From Gallionella sp. (GTDB lineage Bacteria; Pseudomonadota; Gammaproteobacteria; Burkholderiales; Gallionellaceae), in assembly GCA_049684555.1 (NCBI GenBank), contig JBAVGB010000041.1, positions 8,565 through 72,564 on the forward strand: a stretch of DNA of 64,000 nucleotides. Direction: 5' to 3'. A model generated the notes under the pieces. That model worked only from the letters and a program-made list of their open reading frames with translations, had not been told where the DNA came from and made no database searches. The translations under genes were made by a program, and so were the position numbers. Shown here in pieces: positions 1 to 10,234 of this stretch (its first letter is position 1; every line of letters starts with the position of its first letter).

Positions 1-756
1 GGCCAGCGGCTGGGCGTGCCGTGGCTGGGCCACACCTGCGGGCATTGCCGCTACTGCACCAGCGGGCGCGAGAACCTGTGCGACGATGCGCGATTCACCG
101 GGTACACGCTGAACGGCGGCTATGCCGAATATGCGGTGGCCGACTCGCGCTACTGCTTTGCGCTGCCTAACGGTTACGGCGACGCCGAAGCCGCCCCGCT
201 GCTTTGCGCGGGTCTGATCGGTTACCGGGCGCTGGTCGCGGTCGGCGATGCGCAGCGTATCGGCATCTACGGTTTTGGTGCGGCCGCCCATATCATCACC
301 CAGGTCGCGCGCTGGCAGGGGCGCAGGGTGTTCGCGTTCACCAAGCCCGGCGACCTGGCCGGTCAGCGCTTTGCGACGGAACTTGGCGCGGCATGGGCCG
401 GCGATTCCTCCACGGCACCGCCGGAAAAACTGGACGCGGCGATCCTGTTCGCGCCGGTCGGCGCGCTGGTGCCCGAGGCGCTGCGCCATACCGCGAAAGG
501 CGGTACTGTCGTTTGCGCGGGCATCCACATGAGCGACATTCCCGGGTTTCCCTATTCCATCCTGTGGGGCGAACGGGTGGTCCGCTCCATCGCCAATCTG
601 ACCCGCCGCGACGGCGATGAATTCTTAACCCTTGCCCCGAAGGCGAACATCCGAACAGAAGTGGAAACCTTCCGCCTGGAGGATGCCAACGAGGCGCTAG
701 CCCGCCTGCGCGACGGCCGCATTCGCGGCGCGGCCGTGCTGGTGATGGAACAATGA
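1..756 (+). CDS. Zn-dependent alcohol dehydrogenase family protein (C-terminal part; 5' end lies upstream of window)
   Basis: The frame is open from base 1 (GQRLGVPWLGHTCGHCRYCTSGRENLC...). It has the structural-zinc Cys cluster and a GFGAAAH Rossmann segment typical of medium-chain Zn-ADHs. Confidence 0.85.
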   Translation, partial: GQRLGVPWLGHTCGHCRYCTSGRENLCDDARFTGYTLNGGYAEYAVADSRYCFALPNGYGDAEAAPLLCAGLIGYRALVAVGDAQRIGIYGFGAAAHIITQVARWQGRRVFAFTKPGDLAGQRFATELGAAWAGDSSTAPPEKLDAAILFAPVGALVPEALRHTAKGGTVVCAGIHMSDIPGFPYSILWGERVVRSIANLTRRDGDEFLTLAPKANIRTEVETFRLEDANEALARLRDGRIRGAAVLVMEQ

Positions 757-920
757 AGCCAGGCAGCGATGCAGTATTTTCGGCTTGAATCATCTAGCGG
801 TACGGCCAGCGCAAAGCACCTGCCGCAAAAATAAAATATCGGTATGATGCGTCCCCGGCGAATTCGACCCGACCAAACAGGGATCGGGTTTCTTGAATAT
901 TTGAATACAGGAGAATCAGC

Positions 921-1337
921 GTGGGACTATTTGACAGTATCGTCGGCGCAATCGAGGGACAAGCCGGCGCGGGCGGACAGGGCAATTTGATGGAATCCGT
1001 GATGGGCTTGATCAATCATCCGGACATGGGCGGATTGGGCGGCTTGGTGCAAAAGCTCGAACAAAGCGGATTGGGACCGCAAGTGGCTTCCTGGGTGAGC
1101 AACGGCAGTAACCTGCCCGTTACCGCCGAGCAGATCCAGAGCGCGCTGAATTCACCGGCATTGCAGGGCATCGCCGCCCAGTTCGGTTTGCACAGCGGCG
1201 ATGTGGCCAATCAGCTGGCCAGTTTGTTGCCGCAAGTCATCAATCATCTGACCCCGAATGGCCATGTGCCGGCACAGGGCGACCTGACACAGGAAGTATT
1301 AAGCGGCCTTTCAGGTTTGTTTGGCAACAAGCAGTGA
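921..1337 (+). CDS. yidB: YidB family protein (DUF937)
   Basis: GTG start preceded by AGGAGA. The 138-aa Gly-rich protein carries GLGGLV...VASWVS..NLPVT...L motifs typical of YidB/DUF937. Confidence 0.75.
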   Translation: MGLFDSIVGAIEGQAGAGGQGNLMESVMGLINHPDMGGLGGLVQKLEQSGLGPQVASWVSNGSNLPVTAEQIQSALNSPALQGIAAQFGLHSGDVANQLASLLPQVINHLTPNGHVPAQGDLTQEVLSGLSGLFGNKQ

Positions 1338-1490
1338 TGACAAAGCTTTAAGCGGTGAGTGAGGGCTTGCAGCAAAGCGCTTCCAGCCCTTCCTGAACCG
1401 TCGACAGCTTCGATGGCGGCATCATGCAGCATATAGATGCACCAGATTGAAGGAAAAGTGTAATATTCGTCTTGTAGCGGGGGGGAGTAC

Positions 1491-1526
1491 GTAAAAGAAA
1501 AAGGGCTTGCAGCGATGCAAGCCCTT
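1491..1526. terminator. Bidirectional intrinsic terminator (tRNA-Phe on minus strand, yidB on plus strand)
   Basis: 11-bp stem AAGGGCTTGCA/TGCAAGCCCTT with a 4-nt loop. It is followed by TTTTTCTTTT on the minus strand and ATAATTTTT on the plus strand. Confidence 0.7.
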
Positions 1527-1531
1527 ATAAT

Positions 1532-1605
1532 TTTTGCGTGCTACCGCACGCGAAAACTGCAACCAAAAACCACCTGAGTGATTTTGCGTGCTACCGCACG
1601 CGAAA
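1532..1605 (-). repeat. Duplicated 24-nt hairpin directly 3' of tRNA-Phe
   Basis: Identical copies of TTTTGCGTGCTACCGCACGCGAAA at 1532-1555 and 1582-1605 (50-bp period). Each folds into a 10-bp stem with a tetraloop. Confidence 0.8.
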
Positions 1606-1607
1606 TC

Positions 1608-1683
1608 TGGTGGCCCGGGGCGGAATCGAACCACCGACACAAGGATTTTCAATCCTCTGCTCTACCGACTGAGCTACCAGGCC
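1608..1683 (-). tRNA. tRNA-Phe (anticodon GAA)
   Basis: The reverse complement reads GGCCTGGTAGCTCAGTCGGTAGAGCAGAGGATTGAAAATCCTTGTGTCGGTGGTTCGATTCCGCCCCGGGCCACCA. This is a 76-nt cloverleaf with anticodon loop TTGAAAA, a GTTCGATTC T-loop and an encoded CCA. Confidence 0.97.
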
Positions 1684-1748
1684 AATGCTGCTTTAATTGT
1701 TCACCCAAGCCGAAAATGAACAGGTTCAGCCAACTCGGGAAGCCGCGC

Positions 1749-1776
1749 ATTATACCGATACAGCGCCAAATAACAA
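1749..1776 (-). promoter_or_regulatory. Candidate sigma70 promoter for tRNA-Phe
   Basis: On the minus strand: TTGTTA, a 16-nt spacer, then TATAAT, about 65 nt upstream of the mature tRNA 5' end. Confidence 0.35.
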
Positions 1777-1799
1777 ACCCCGCCGTAGCGGGGTTTGTT
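1772..1799 (-). terminator. Putative intrinsic terminator downstream of groEL
   Basis: 12-bp stem AACAAACCCCGC/GCGGGGTTTGTT with a 4-nt loop. On the minus strand the stem runs into a T-rich ATTTGG tail. Confidence 0.55.
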
Positions 1800-1846
1800 G
1801 ATATTGCCTGAACCGTGGCGAGCGGTTCGATGCCGATTCGCGCATA

Positions 1847-1908
1847 ACCAATGACTTGGTTGGCGTAGCGTGCCAACTTAGTCAGATGGCTAGTCGTTTT
1901 ATCAGTAG
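1847..1908. repeat. Interspersed two-hairpin element, family C, copy 1
   Basis: ACCAATGACTTGG...GCCAACTTAGTCAGATGGCTAGTCGTTTTATCAGTAG shares its core with copies at 24259-24319 and 40202-40263. It lies between the groEL stop and the groEL terminator. Confidence 0.8.
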
Positions 1909-1923
1909 ATTTATACGCTATTT

Positions 1924-3588
<1,665 letters not shown>

Positions 3589-3592
3589 TTAG

Positions 3593-3883
3593 TTAGGCTT
3601 CGATAATGCCGATGATGTCGTCTTCGCGCATCGTCATGTATTCCTGCCCCTCCATCTTGAAGGCCTGACCGGCGTATTTGCCGAACAGAACGCGGTCACC
3701 GACCTTCACGCTCATGGCCTGCAATTTGCCGTCGTCGCCAACCTTGCCTTTGCCGACGGCGATGATCTCGCCCTGATCCGGCTTTTCAGCGGCTGCATCC
3801 GGAATCACGATCCCGGAGGCGGTCTTGCGTTCTTCTTCCATGCGTTTAACGATTACGCGATCGTTCAAAGGACGAATTTTCAT
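3593..3883 (-). CDS. groES: Co-chaperonin GroES
   Basis: 96 aa beginning [14 protein letters not shown]...IVIPD, located 28 nt upstream of groEL. Confidence 0.98.
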   Translation of the reverse strand: MKIRPLNDRVIVKRMEEERKTASGIVIPDAAAEKPDQGEIIAVGKGKVGDDGKLQAMSVKVGDRVLFGKYAGQAFKMEGQEYMTMREDDIIGIIEA

Positions 3884-3930
3884 ACTGATGTCTCCTAAAA
3901 CAAGGGGTTAAAAAATTGCGGAGGCGAAGT

Positions 3931-3957
3931 TTAGCACTCTCTATCCTCGAGTGCCAA
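3931..3957 (-). promoter_or_regulatory. CIRCE operator (HrcA binding site)
   Basis: TTAGCACTC-N9-GAGTGCCAA matches the CIRCE consensus TTAGCACTC-N9-GAGTGCTAA at 17 of 18 positions. It sits in the groES leader. Confidence 0.85.
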
Positions 3958-3958
3958 C

Positions 3959-3986
3959 AATCGGGGCTGACCCGCCCGATTTCAAG
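3959..3986 (-). promoter_or_regulatory. Sigma32 (RpoH)-type heat-shock promoter of groESL
   Basis: The minus strand reads CTTGAAA, 13 nt, then CCCCGATT (consensus CTTGAAA-N13/14-CCCCATNT). It lies immediately upstream of CIRCE. Confidence 0.6.
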
Positions 3987-4000
3987 GGCAGGCCGGAGGT

Positions 4001-5251
4001 TTATTTTTGCGGGGGGAGGGCGATCTTGTTGTCGGTGCTGAACTGGTAGTCCTTGAATATATGTTCGGCAGTCAATATTTGATAGGTGCCGTCGGCGTTG
4101 CGGTGCGTCGTATCCTTGAGGCGGTAGGTGTAATGGCCGCAGGTCCAGCAATCGAAGTTGCGCATGTGGGTGCACAGACAGGTCTTGTCCTTGACGGAAA
4201 TCTTCTTGGCATTCGGGTGCAGCGCCACTTCCCGGTTGTAGGCATCGATGTAATCACAATGCCCATTTGCATCGAGCAGATAACCGAACGCTTCGCAATT
4301 GGGGCGTATGCCGGCGCCGATCGCCGGGCTGCTCTTGATCATGCGCATCGGATAACCGGTCGGGGAGATCATGTTGACCTCGATGTCGTCCTCGTTTGCC
4401 TTGAAATATTCCTGCTGGACCTTTTCCGGGAGGCCGCATTCATGGGCAACGGTAAAACGCGTCGCCACCTGCACGGCAGCACAACCTTTTTCGAGAAAAT
4501 CGACGGCATCGCTGCCGGTGAAGACCCCGCCTGCCGCAATTACCGGGATATCCAGTTGTTCTGCTTTCAGGTGGGCAACGATTTCAGCGATGATGGTGTG
4601 CAGGTCATACTTTGCCCAATCCATCCCGAAGCCGAGGTGCCCGCCGGCCAATGGACCTTCCACCACGATGAAATCGGGCAGGCGATTGAGTCTGGCTGTC
4701 TTGCGCATGAACAATTGCAAGGCGCGCAGCGATGAAACGATGATGCCCAGCTTGGCATCGCGGAAACGGGGATTGTCTTCCATCAATGCGAACGATCCGA
4801 GATGCAGTCCGGCGCTCAGCGTAATGCCGTCGATTCCGGCATCCAGCGCGCCGCACAGCCGCACGCGCAGGGTCTCGCGCGGCGCATTCATGGTCAGTTT
4901 TTCCATGCAGTTGACGAAGATCATGCCATCGCCGCGCTTGGCTTCCATGGTCTTGCTGACGTGCAATCGGGTGGATTCGGCCACCTGCTTCAGGTCGAAT
5001 TGCACGATCGCCTTGTTGGTTTCCTTGACGTTGAGCTTGTATTGCTTTTGCTTGTGGCTAACGAATTTCGTGTTGTCGAGACGGTCCGTGACAGTCGGCA
5101 GCATCGCGTCGGAAATATGCCCGATACCGCCGAGGCGGGCCGCTTCCCAAGCCAGTTCGCGGCTGGAAATATCCACGCCCATTCCGCCGATTATGATCGG
5201 TACCACCTCGCGCTTGCCAAAGCGCAAACGGAAATCATCAACACGTTTCAT
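4001..5251 (-). CDS. Nitronate monooxygenase (NMO)/FMN-dependent oxidoreductase family protein with Cys-rich C-terminal extension
   Basis: PIIIGGMGVDIS...GGIGHIS and VVEGPLAGGHLG motifs indicate an NMO TIM barrel. The last ~100 aa carry 7 Cys (CEAFG..HCDY..CLCTH..DCWTCGH). Confidence 0.8.
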   Translation of the reverse strand: MKRVDDFRLRFGKREVVPIIIGGMGVDISSRELAWEAARLGGIGHISDAMLPTVTDRLDNTKFVSHKQKQYKLNVKETNKAIVQFDLKQVAESTRLHVSKTMEAKRGDGMIFVNCMEKLTMNAPRETLRVRLCGALDAGIDGITLSAGLHLGSFALMEDNPRFRDAKLGIIVSSLRALQLFMRKTARLNRLPDFIVVEGPLAGGHLGFGMDWAKYDLHTIIAEIVAHLKAEQLDIPVIAAGGVFTGSDAVDFLEKGCAAVQVATRFTVAHECGLPEKVQQEYFKANEDDIEVNMISPTGYPMRMIKSSPAIGAGIRPNCEAFGYLLDANGHCDYIDAYNREVALHPNAKKISVKDKTCLCTHMRNFDCWTCGHYTYRLKDTTHRNADGTYQILTAEHIFKDYQFSTDNKIALPPQK

Positions 5252-5397
5252 TACTGCAATCCTCCGGCCGCTCCGTCAAATTATCAAAAGGAACGGTAAT
5301 ATTATTGGGTGCCTGCATCAAGTTGCGAAGGATGCCACAAACGCCCGGATACTGAAAGCAAGGCAAGCTTTGCAGCATGGATTTGCGCGGAAAAAAA

Positions 5398-6297
5398 CTA
5401 CTTGCCAAGCAAGTCCTGCAGTGCATCCGCGAGCCTGGCAAAGGAAAAGCGATAGTCCGCCTGCCCGATCTTCTGCGGCAACACCTTCTGCCCTTCCAGC
5501 AACAGGCAGGCGCGTTCACCCATGACGGCTTTCAGGAACCATGCCGGGAAGACGAATGGAGCGGGGCGATGCAGTATTTGCGCGAGGGTCGAGGTGAACT
5601 TCCGGTTGGTTACAGGTTGTGGTGCGGTCAGGTTGTAAGGCCCGCTGGCCTGTTCGCCGTGCAATAAACGGAGCACTATCGCCACATAATCGTCGATGTG
5701 TATCCAGCTCATCCACTGCTTTCCGTTTCCCAGTCGCGCACCCAGGCCCAGCCTGAAGGGGAGTCGCATGCGCCGCAGCAGTCCGCCCCGGCGGCTCAAC
5801 ACCAGACCGGTGCGCAACAGGCATACCCTTACGCCCGAGGCTTCTGCGGCCAGCGCGGCAGCTTCCCAGGTCTTGCATAATCGTGCGGGGAAATCCGTGC
5901 CGGCAACGGCATTTTCATCAAGCGGGGTATCGCCGCGATCACCGTAATAGCCAATCGCGGAGCCGCTCAACAACACGCCGGGTTTGCGCGCTGCCGCGGC
6001 GAGATGCCGCACCAGGTCTTGAGTTAGTGTTACCCGGCTGTCCCAAAGGACCCGTTTGCGCTGTAGGGTCCAGCGCGCATCGACAATCGGTTCGCCGGCC
6101 AGGTTGATGACCGCATCGAAGTTCCGGTCGGGTTGCCATTCGTCCAGGCTGGTCATCGCAGCCACTTCTCTGCCACATTTTGCCGGAACCGATTCCGGGT
6201 TGCGGCTCAGCACTGTCAGCGCATGCCCTTCCGCCAGCAGCGCCCTGCAAAGTTGGCGGCCAATCAAACCGGTGCCGCCGGTGATGAGAATATGCAC
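5398..6297 (-). CDS. TIGR01777/YfcH-type epimerase family protein (SDR fold plus DUF1731)
   Basis: VHILITGGTGLIG Rossmann start and a C-terminal DUF1731-like end. I chose the GTG start at 6297, because the longer ORF to 6471 adds a non-homologous 58-aa extension. Confidence 0.8.
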   Translation of the reverse strand: MHILITGGTGLIGRQLCRALLAEGHALTVLSRNPESVPAKCGREVAAMTSLDEWQPDRNFDAVINLAGEPIVDARWTLQRKRVLWDSRVTLTQDLVRHLAAAARKPGVLLSGSAIGYYGDRGDTPLDENAVAGTDFPARLCKTWEAAALAAEASGVRVCLLRTGLVLSRRGGLLRRMRLPFRLGLGARLGNGKQWMSWIHIDDYVAIVLRLLHGEQASGPYNLTAPQPVTNRKFTSTLAQILHRPAPFVFPAWFLKAVMGERACLLLEGQKVLPQKIGQADYRFSFARLADALQDLLGK

Positions 6298-6375
6298 TGT
6301 TATTTTTCCGTCAGAACCCAAGGATGATCGCAGGCTATCCAAACTTGGCGATGCGCGCAAGCGGCAAAACCCGCT

Positions 6376-7758
6376 ATGATTCCGGGCATGACAAATCCTC
6401 CGCAAAGCAATACCGACCTCATTGCCCGCAGTCTCTCGGCCGTGTGGCATCCCTGTTCGCAGATGAAGCACTACGAGCGCTTCCCGCTGTTGCCGATTGC
6501 GGGCGCGAGCGGGGTCTGGCTATATGACTACGACAAGAAACGCTACCTCGACGCGGTCAGTTCCTGGTGGGTGAACCTGTTCGGCCACCGCAACCCGGAC
6601 ATCAATGCCGCATTGCGCGACCAGCTGGAAACATTGGAGCACGTGATGCTGGCCGGATTCACCCATGAGCCGGTGGTGCAGCTGTCGGAGCGCTTGCGCG
6701 AACTGGCGCCCGCCGGTCTCGGGCATTGCTTCTATGCCTCCGACGGCGCGTCGGCCACGGAGATCACGCTCAAGATGAGCGCGCATTACTGGCGCAACAG
6801 CGGCAAACCGGACAAGTCGCAGTTCATCAGCCTGGAAAACAGCTATCACGGCGAGACGCTGGGTGCGCTGTCGGTGACCGATGTCGCGCTGTTTCGGACT
6901 GCGTATGGCACGCTGCTCCGGCAGCAGGCCACGGTGCCCAGCCCGGACTGGCGCACGGCCGCAGTTGGGGAAAGTGCGGAAGCTTGCGCGCTGCGCTGCG
7001 CGAATGCACTGGAACAGCATTTGCAGCGGCATCATGCGCAGCTGGCCGCTTTCATCATCGAGCCGCTGGTGCAGGGCGCGGCGGGCATGGCGATGTACCA
7101 TCCGGTCTATTTGCGGCGCGCGCGCCAGCTTTGCGACGAGTACCAGGTACATTTGATCGCGGACGAGATCGCCGTCGGCATGGGGCGCACCGGCACGATG
7201 TTCGCCTGCGAACAGGCGCCGGCTGATCCGTCTGCGGGTCAGGAACTGGCGCAGAAAGGATTTACCCCGGACTTCCTGTGCCTGTCAAAAGGCATAACCG
7301 GCGGTTATCTGCCGCTGTCGGTGGTGATGACGCGCGAGGAAATCTACCGGGCATTTTATGACGACGACATGACAGCCGGATTCCTGCATTCGCACTCCTA
7401 TACCGGCAACCCGCTCGCCTGCAGGGCGGCAATTGCCACGCTGGATATCTTTGCCCGTGACGATGTGCTTGCCGCGAACCGTGCCAAGGCGGCATACCTG
7501 AACGGGATATCTGCGCCCTTGCGCGAACACCGCGCGGTGCGCAACTGGCGCAATACCGGCATGATCTGGGCGTTTGAAGTCGAGGCGCCGCAGTCCGGCT
7601 TTGCCCAGCGCTGCTTTGCGCTAGCGCTGAAAAATGAATTGTTGTTGCGCCCGGTCGGCAACACGATTTATTTCATGCCGCCGTATATAATTGGCAATTC
7701 GGAGATGGACTTGCTGGTGAATCGCACCTTGCACATCGTCGATGAATTGAGCACATGA
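6376..7758 (+). CDS. bioA: Adenosylmethionine-8-amino-7-oxononanoate aminotransferase
   Basis: 460-aa class-III aminotransferase with SSWWVNLFGH, SDGASATE and DEIAVGMGRTG motifs. An alternative start is at 6388. Confidence 0.9.
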   Translation: MIPGMTNPPQSNTDLIARSLSAVWHPCSQMKHYERFPLLPIAGASGVWLYDYDKKRYLDAVSSWWVNLFGHRNPDINAALRDQLETLEHVMLAGFTHEPVVQLSERLRELAPAGLGHCFYASDGASATEITLKMSAHYWRNSGKPDKSQFISLENSYHGETLGALSVTDVALFRTAYGTLLRQQATVPSPDWRTAAVGESAEACALRCANALEQHLQRHHAQLAAFIIEPLVQGAAGMAMYHPVYLRRARQLCDEYQVHLIADEIAVGMGRTGTMFACEQAPADPSAGQELAQKGFTPDFLCLSKGITGGYLPLSVVMTREEIYRAFYDDDMTAGFLHSHSYTGNPLACRAAIATLDIFARDDVLAANRAKAAYLNGISAPLREHRAVRNWRNTGMIWAFEVEAPQSGFAQRCFALALKNELLLRPVGNTIYFMPPYIIGNSEMDLLVNRTLHIVDELST

Positions 7759-9491
7759 GATTATTTCTATTTAGCCTGTTTCTGTTCTGCCTGATTACGA
7801 CCCGGGCGGTTGCTTCGACTTTGCCCGAACCGGTTGTGGCGGCGCTCAGGCACGCGCATATTCCGCTATCCGCTGTCAGTATCGTGGTACAGCAAACCGG
7901 CGCCCCCGATCCGCTGGTCAGTGTAAATGCCGACCGCGCGGTCAATCCGGCATCCACGATGAAACTGCTCACCACGATCGCCTCACTGGAGACACTGGGA
8001 CCGGCGTATCGCTGGAAAACTGAGGCGTACCTCGACGGCAAGCTGGAAAACGGCGTGCTGCAGGGCGATCTGGTGTTCAAGGGTTATGGCGACCCGAAAC
8101 TGACAGTCGAGGAATTCTGGATGTGGCTGCACGAATTGCGCCAGCGCGGCCTGCGCGAGATACGCGGCGACATCGTGCTGGACCACAGTTTTTTCGAGGC
8201 AGTCAAGCAGGATCCGGCTGCATTCGATCATGATCCCACACGTGCCTACAACGTCGGTACCGACGCGCTGCTGCTCAATTTCAATGCGATGCATTTGCAC
8301 CTGATCCCGGACGGCCATGCAACCAGGGCAATGCTGGAACCCGATCTGGACGGCTATACGGTGGTGAACCGGATCACCACTTCGCGAAGGTTGCGATGCG
8401 GCGGTGCCGCGGCCTACAAGGCGCACCTGGAAGGGCACGACATTATTCTGGAAGGACGCATGCCGGCCGATTGCGGCGAGGCGGATGAATATTTCTCGCT
8501 GCTGCCGCAGGATCAATATTTCTTCGCGGTGTTCAGCGCGTTATGGAAGGAACTCGGCGGTACCGTTCAGGGCCAGCTGCGCGTGGGGAATGCGCCCGCC
8601 GGGCAGGTTCCGTTTGCGATGTATGTTTCCCCGCCGCTGGCGGAAGTGATCCGCGACATCAACAAGTTCAGCAATAACACGATGGCACGTCAACTGTTCC
8701 TGACACTGGGAATGGCAGACCAGGTAAGCGCAAACCGGGATGGGTTGTTGTCCGCTGGCGAAAAGGACGGCAGCGGTGAATATCCAATGCCGCTCGCTCT
8801 CGGGGCAGACTCGCTCCAGGCAAGACAGGAAGGCGGGGATATCACCGATCCGGACGACGCGATCTCGTCAGCGCCGGCCACGCTGCAACAGGATGATGGA
8901 GACAACAATCCTGCCGCATCCGCGGTGAGTATGTCGGCGATGAGCATGACGAAAGACAAGCTGTCATCGGGCACATCCGACACCGGTCCTTTGGCCGCAC
9001 CTGGCGCAGGCGTCGGCCTTGCCGAAGCACCCGCAGCAAATATTGCGCGCAGCATTGCGGCGATCCAGCAATGGCTGGCGACGCAGCATATGCAATTTCC
9101 GGAACTGGTCATGGAAAACGGCGCCGGTTTGTCGCGCAACGCCCGCATCAGCGCGCGCCATATCGCCGACTTGCTGCAGCGCGTGATGAGCAGTCCGTTC
9201 CACGCCGAACTGGAAGCTTCCCTGCCGATACTGGGCATGGACGGCACCGTGAAAAAGCGCTTCAGGGATAGCGATATCGCCGGCTATGCGCACCTGAAGA
9301 CCGGCACGCTGGACGGCGTGAAATCCATCGCCGGCTATGTGAGAGCGCACGACGGAAAACAATGGATCGTGGTGTTCATCGTCAATAACCGCCATGCCGC
9401 CTTGGCGGAACCGGCGCAAAACGCGCTGATCGAATGGCTGCAAAAGGATGTCCCGGATGAGATTGACCCTGCCGGTAGCGGGAAAACCTGA
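7755..9491 (+). CDS. dacB: D-alanyl-D-alanine carboxypeptidase/endopeptidase (PBP4, peptidase S13) with large low-complexity insertion
   Basis: Signal peptide, STMK active-site motif, SNN motif and a KTGTL box. The ATGA start overlaps the bioA stop. Confidence 0.88.
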   Translation: MRLFLFSLFLFCLITTRAVASTLPEPVVAALRHAHIPLSAVSIVVQQTGAPDPLVSVNADRAVNPASTMKLLTTIASLETLGPAYRWKTEAYLDGKLENGVLQGDLVFKGYGDPKLTVEEFWMWLHELRQRGLREIRGDIVLDHSFFEAVKQDPAAFDHDPTRAYNVGTDALLLNFNAMHLHLIPDGHATRAMLEPDLDGYTVVNRITTSRRLRCGGAAAYKAHLEGHDIILEGRMPADCGEADEYFSLLPQDQYFFAVFSALWKELGGTVQGQLRVGNAPAGQVPFAMYVSPPLAEVIRDINKFSNNTMARQLFLTLGMADQVSANRDGLLSAGEKDGSGEYPMPLALGADSLQARQEGGDITDPDDAISSAPATLQQDDGDNNPAASAVSMSAMSMTKDKLSSGTSDTGPLAAPGAGVGLAEAPAANIARSIAAIQQWLATQHMQFPELVMENGAGLSRNARISARHIADLLQRVMSSPFHAELEASLPILGMDGTVKKRFRDSDIAGYAHLKTGTLDGVKSIAGYVRAHDGKQWIVVFIVNNRHAALAEPAQNALIEWLQKDVPDEIDPAGSGKT

Positions 9492-9581
9492 GACATATAA
9501 ATTCTCTGATCGGGAATTTATTTTGCCGACTGAACTCAAAAAAAGGCAGTATCACAATCAACCTGAAAGGAAATTTGAGTC

Positions 9582-10085
9582 ATGAACAAGATCGCTGTCG
9601 CCACGTTGTTATCCGTTGTTGTCGCAGTTCCCGCATTCGCGGCTGAAGGCAATAATAGTGTCGGGATCAATTACGGACTGGGTCTGGATGGCGTATTCGG
9701 TGTCCAGGGAGAATTCGACATTTCTTCCTCGATGCCCAACAAGGCACCCGTTTCGCTGCAGGTGTTCTGGAAGAATTATTCGCAGTCCTACGGTACGCCG
9801 GCAGGAACTTACCAATACAGCTACAACGGCTTTGGCGCGGCTGCTATCTATGACTTTGGCTCTGTGGTCAAGTCGAATAACAAGATCAAGCCCTACGCGG
9901 GCTTGGGGCTGATCACATTGAATTCGAGCTTGAGCGGACCCAGCGCGCCATTTGCAGGGGCTGCAGATTCCGGCGGGCTATATGTTACGGCCGGTGCACG
10001 ATATGAAATCACGCCCCAAGTCTCTGCGGATTTGAACTACAACAATTATGGCGGATTGACGATAGGCGCGATCTTCAAATTCTAG
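9582..10085 (+). CDS. Small outer-membrane beta-barrel protein (OMP_b-brl/OmpW-like)
   Basis: Signal peptide ...VPAFA|AEG, alternating beta-strand pattern and a C-terminal aromatic signal ...GAIFKF. Confidence 0.8.
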   Translation: MNKIAVATLLSVVVAVPAFAAEGNNSVGINYGLGLDGVFGVQGEFDISSSMPNKAPVSLQVFWKNYSQSYGTPAGTYQYSYNGFGAAAIYDFGSVVKSNNKIKPYAGLGLITLNSSLSGPSAPFAGAADSGGLYVTAGARYEITPQVSADLNYNNYGGLTIGAIFKF

Positions 10086-10234
10086 GCAGACGGCTGCGGG
10101 ATATCCGGATGCGGGCTGCTTGGATATTGATACATTCCGGACATTGACTGACGCCGTAGGAGGGGAGTAGTGTGATGCCATGCGTGCAAGTCGTTGCTGC
10201 CAGTACCAGTTCAGAGAAATTAAGGAGACCGATC

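Noticed and set aside
1608-1683. tRNA-Phe as a genomic-island integration site.
   Set aside because: There is no integrase, and I see no duplicated tRNA 3' segment elsewhere in the window. Both flanking genes (yidB, groEL) are core.
5398-6471. Long N-terminal extensions offered by the ORF track. These affect the yfcH-like gene, dusB (to 41674), the ubiH-family gene (from 41358), the GGDEF protein (from 43203), DUF185 (from 25068), U32 (from 20631), yhcH (from 21988), metK (from 15046) and yggS (to 63712).
   Set aside because: The extensions are Arg/Pro-rich and overlap neighbouring genes. They precede internal starts that match the canonical family N-termini or have better Shine-Dalgarno sequences.
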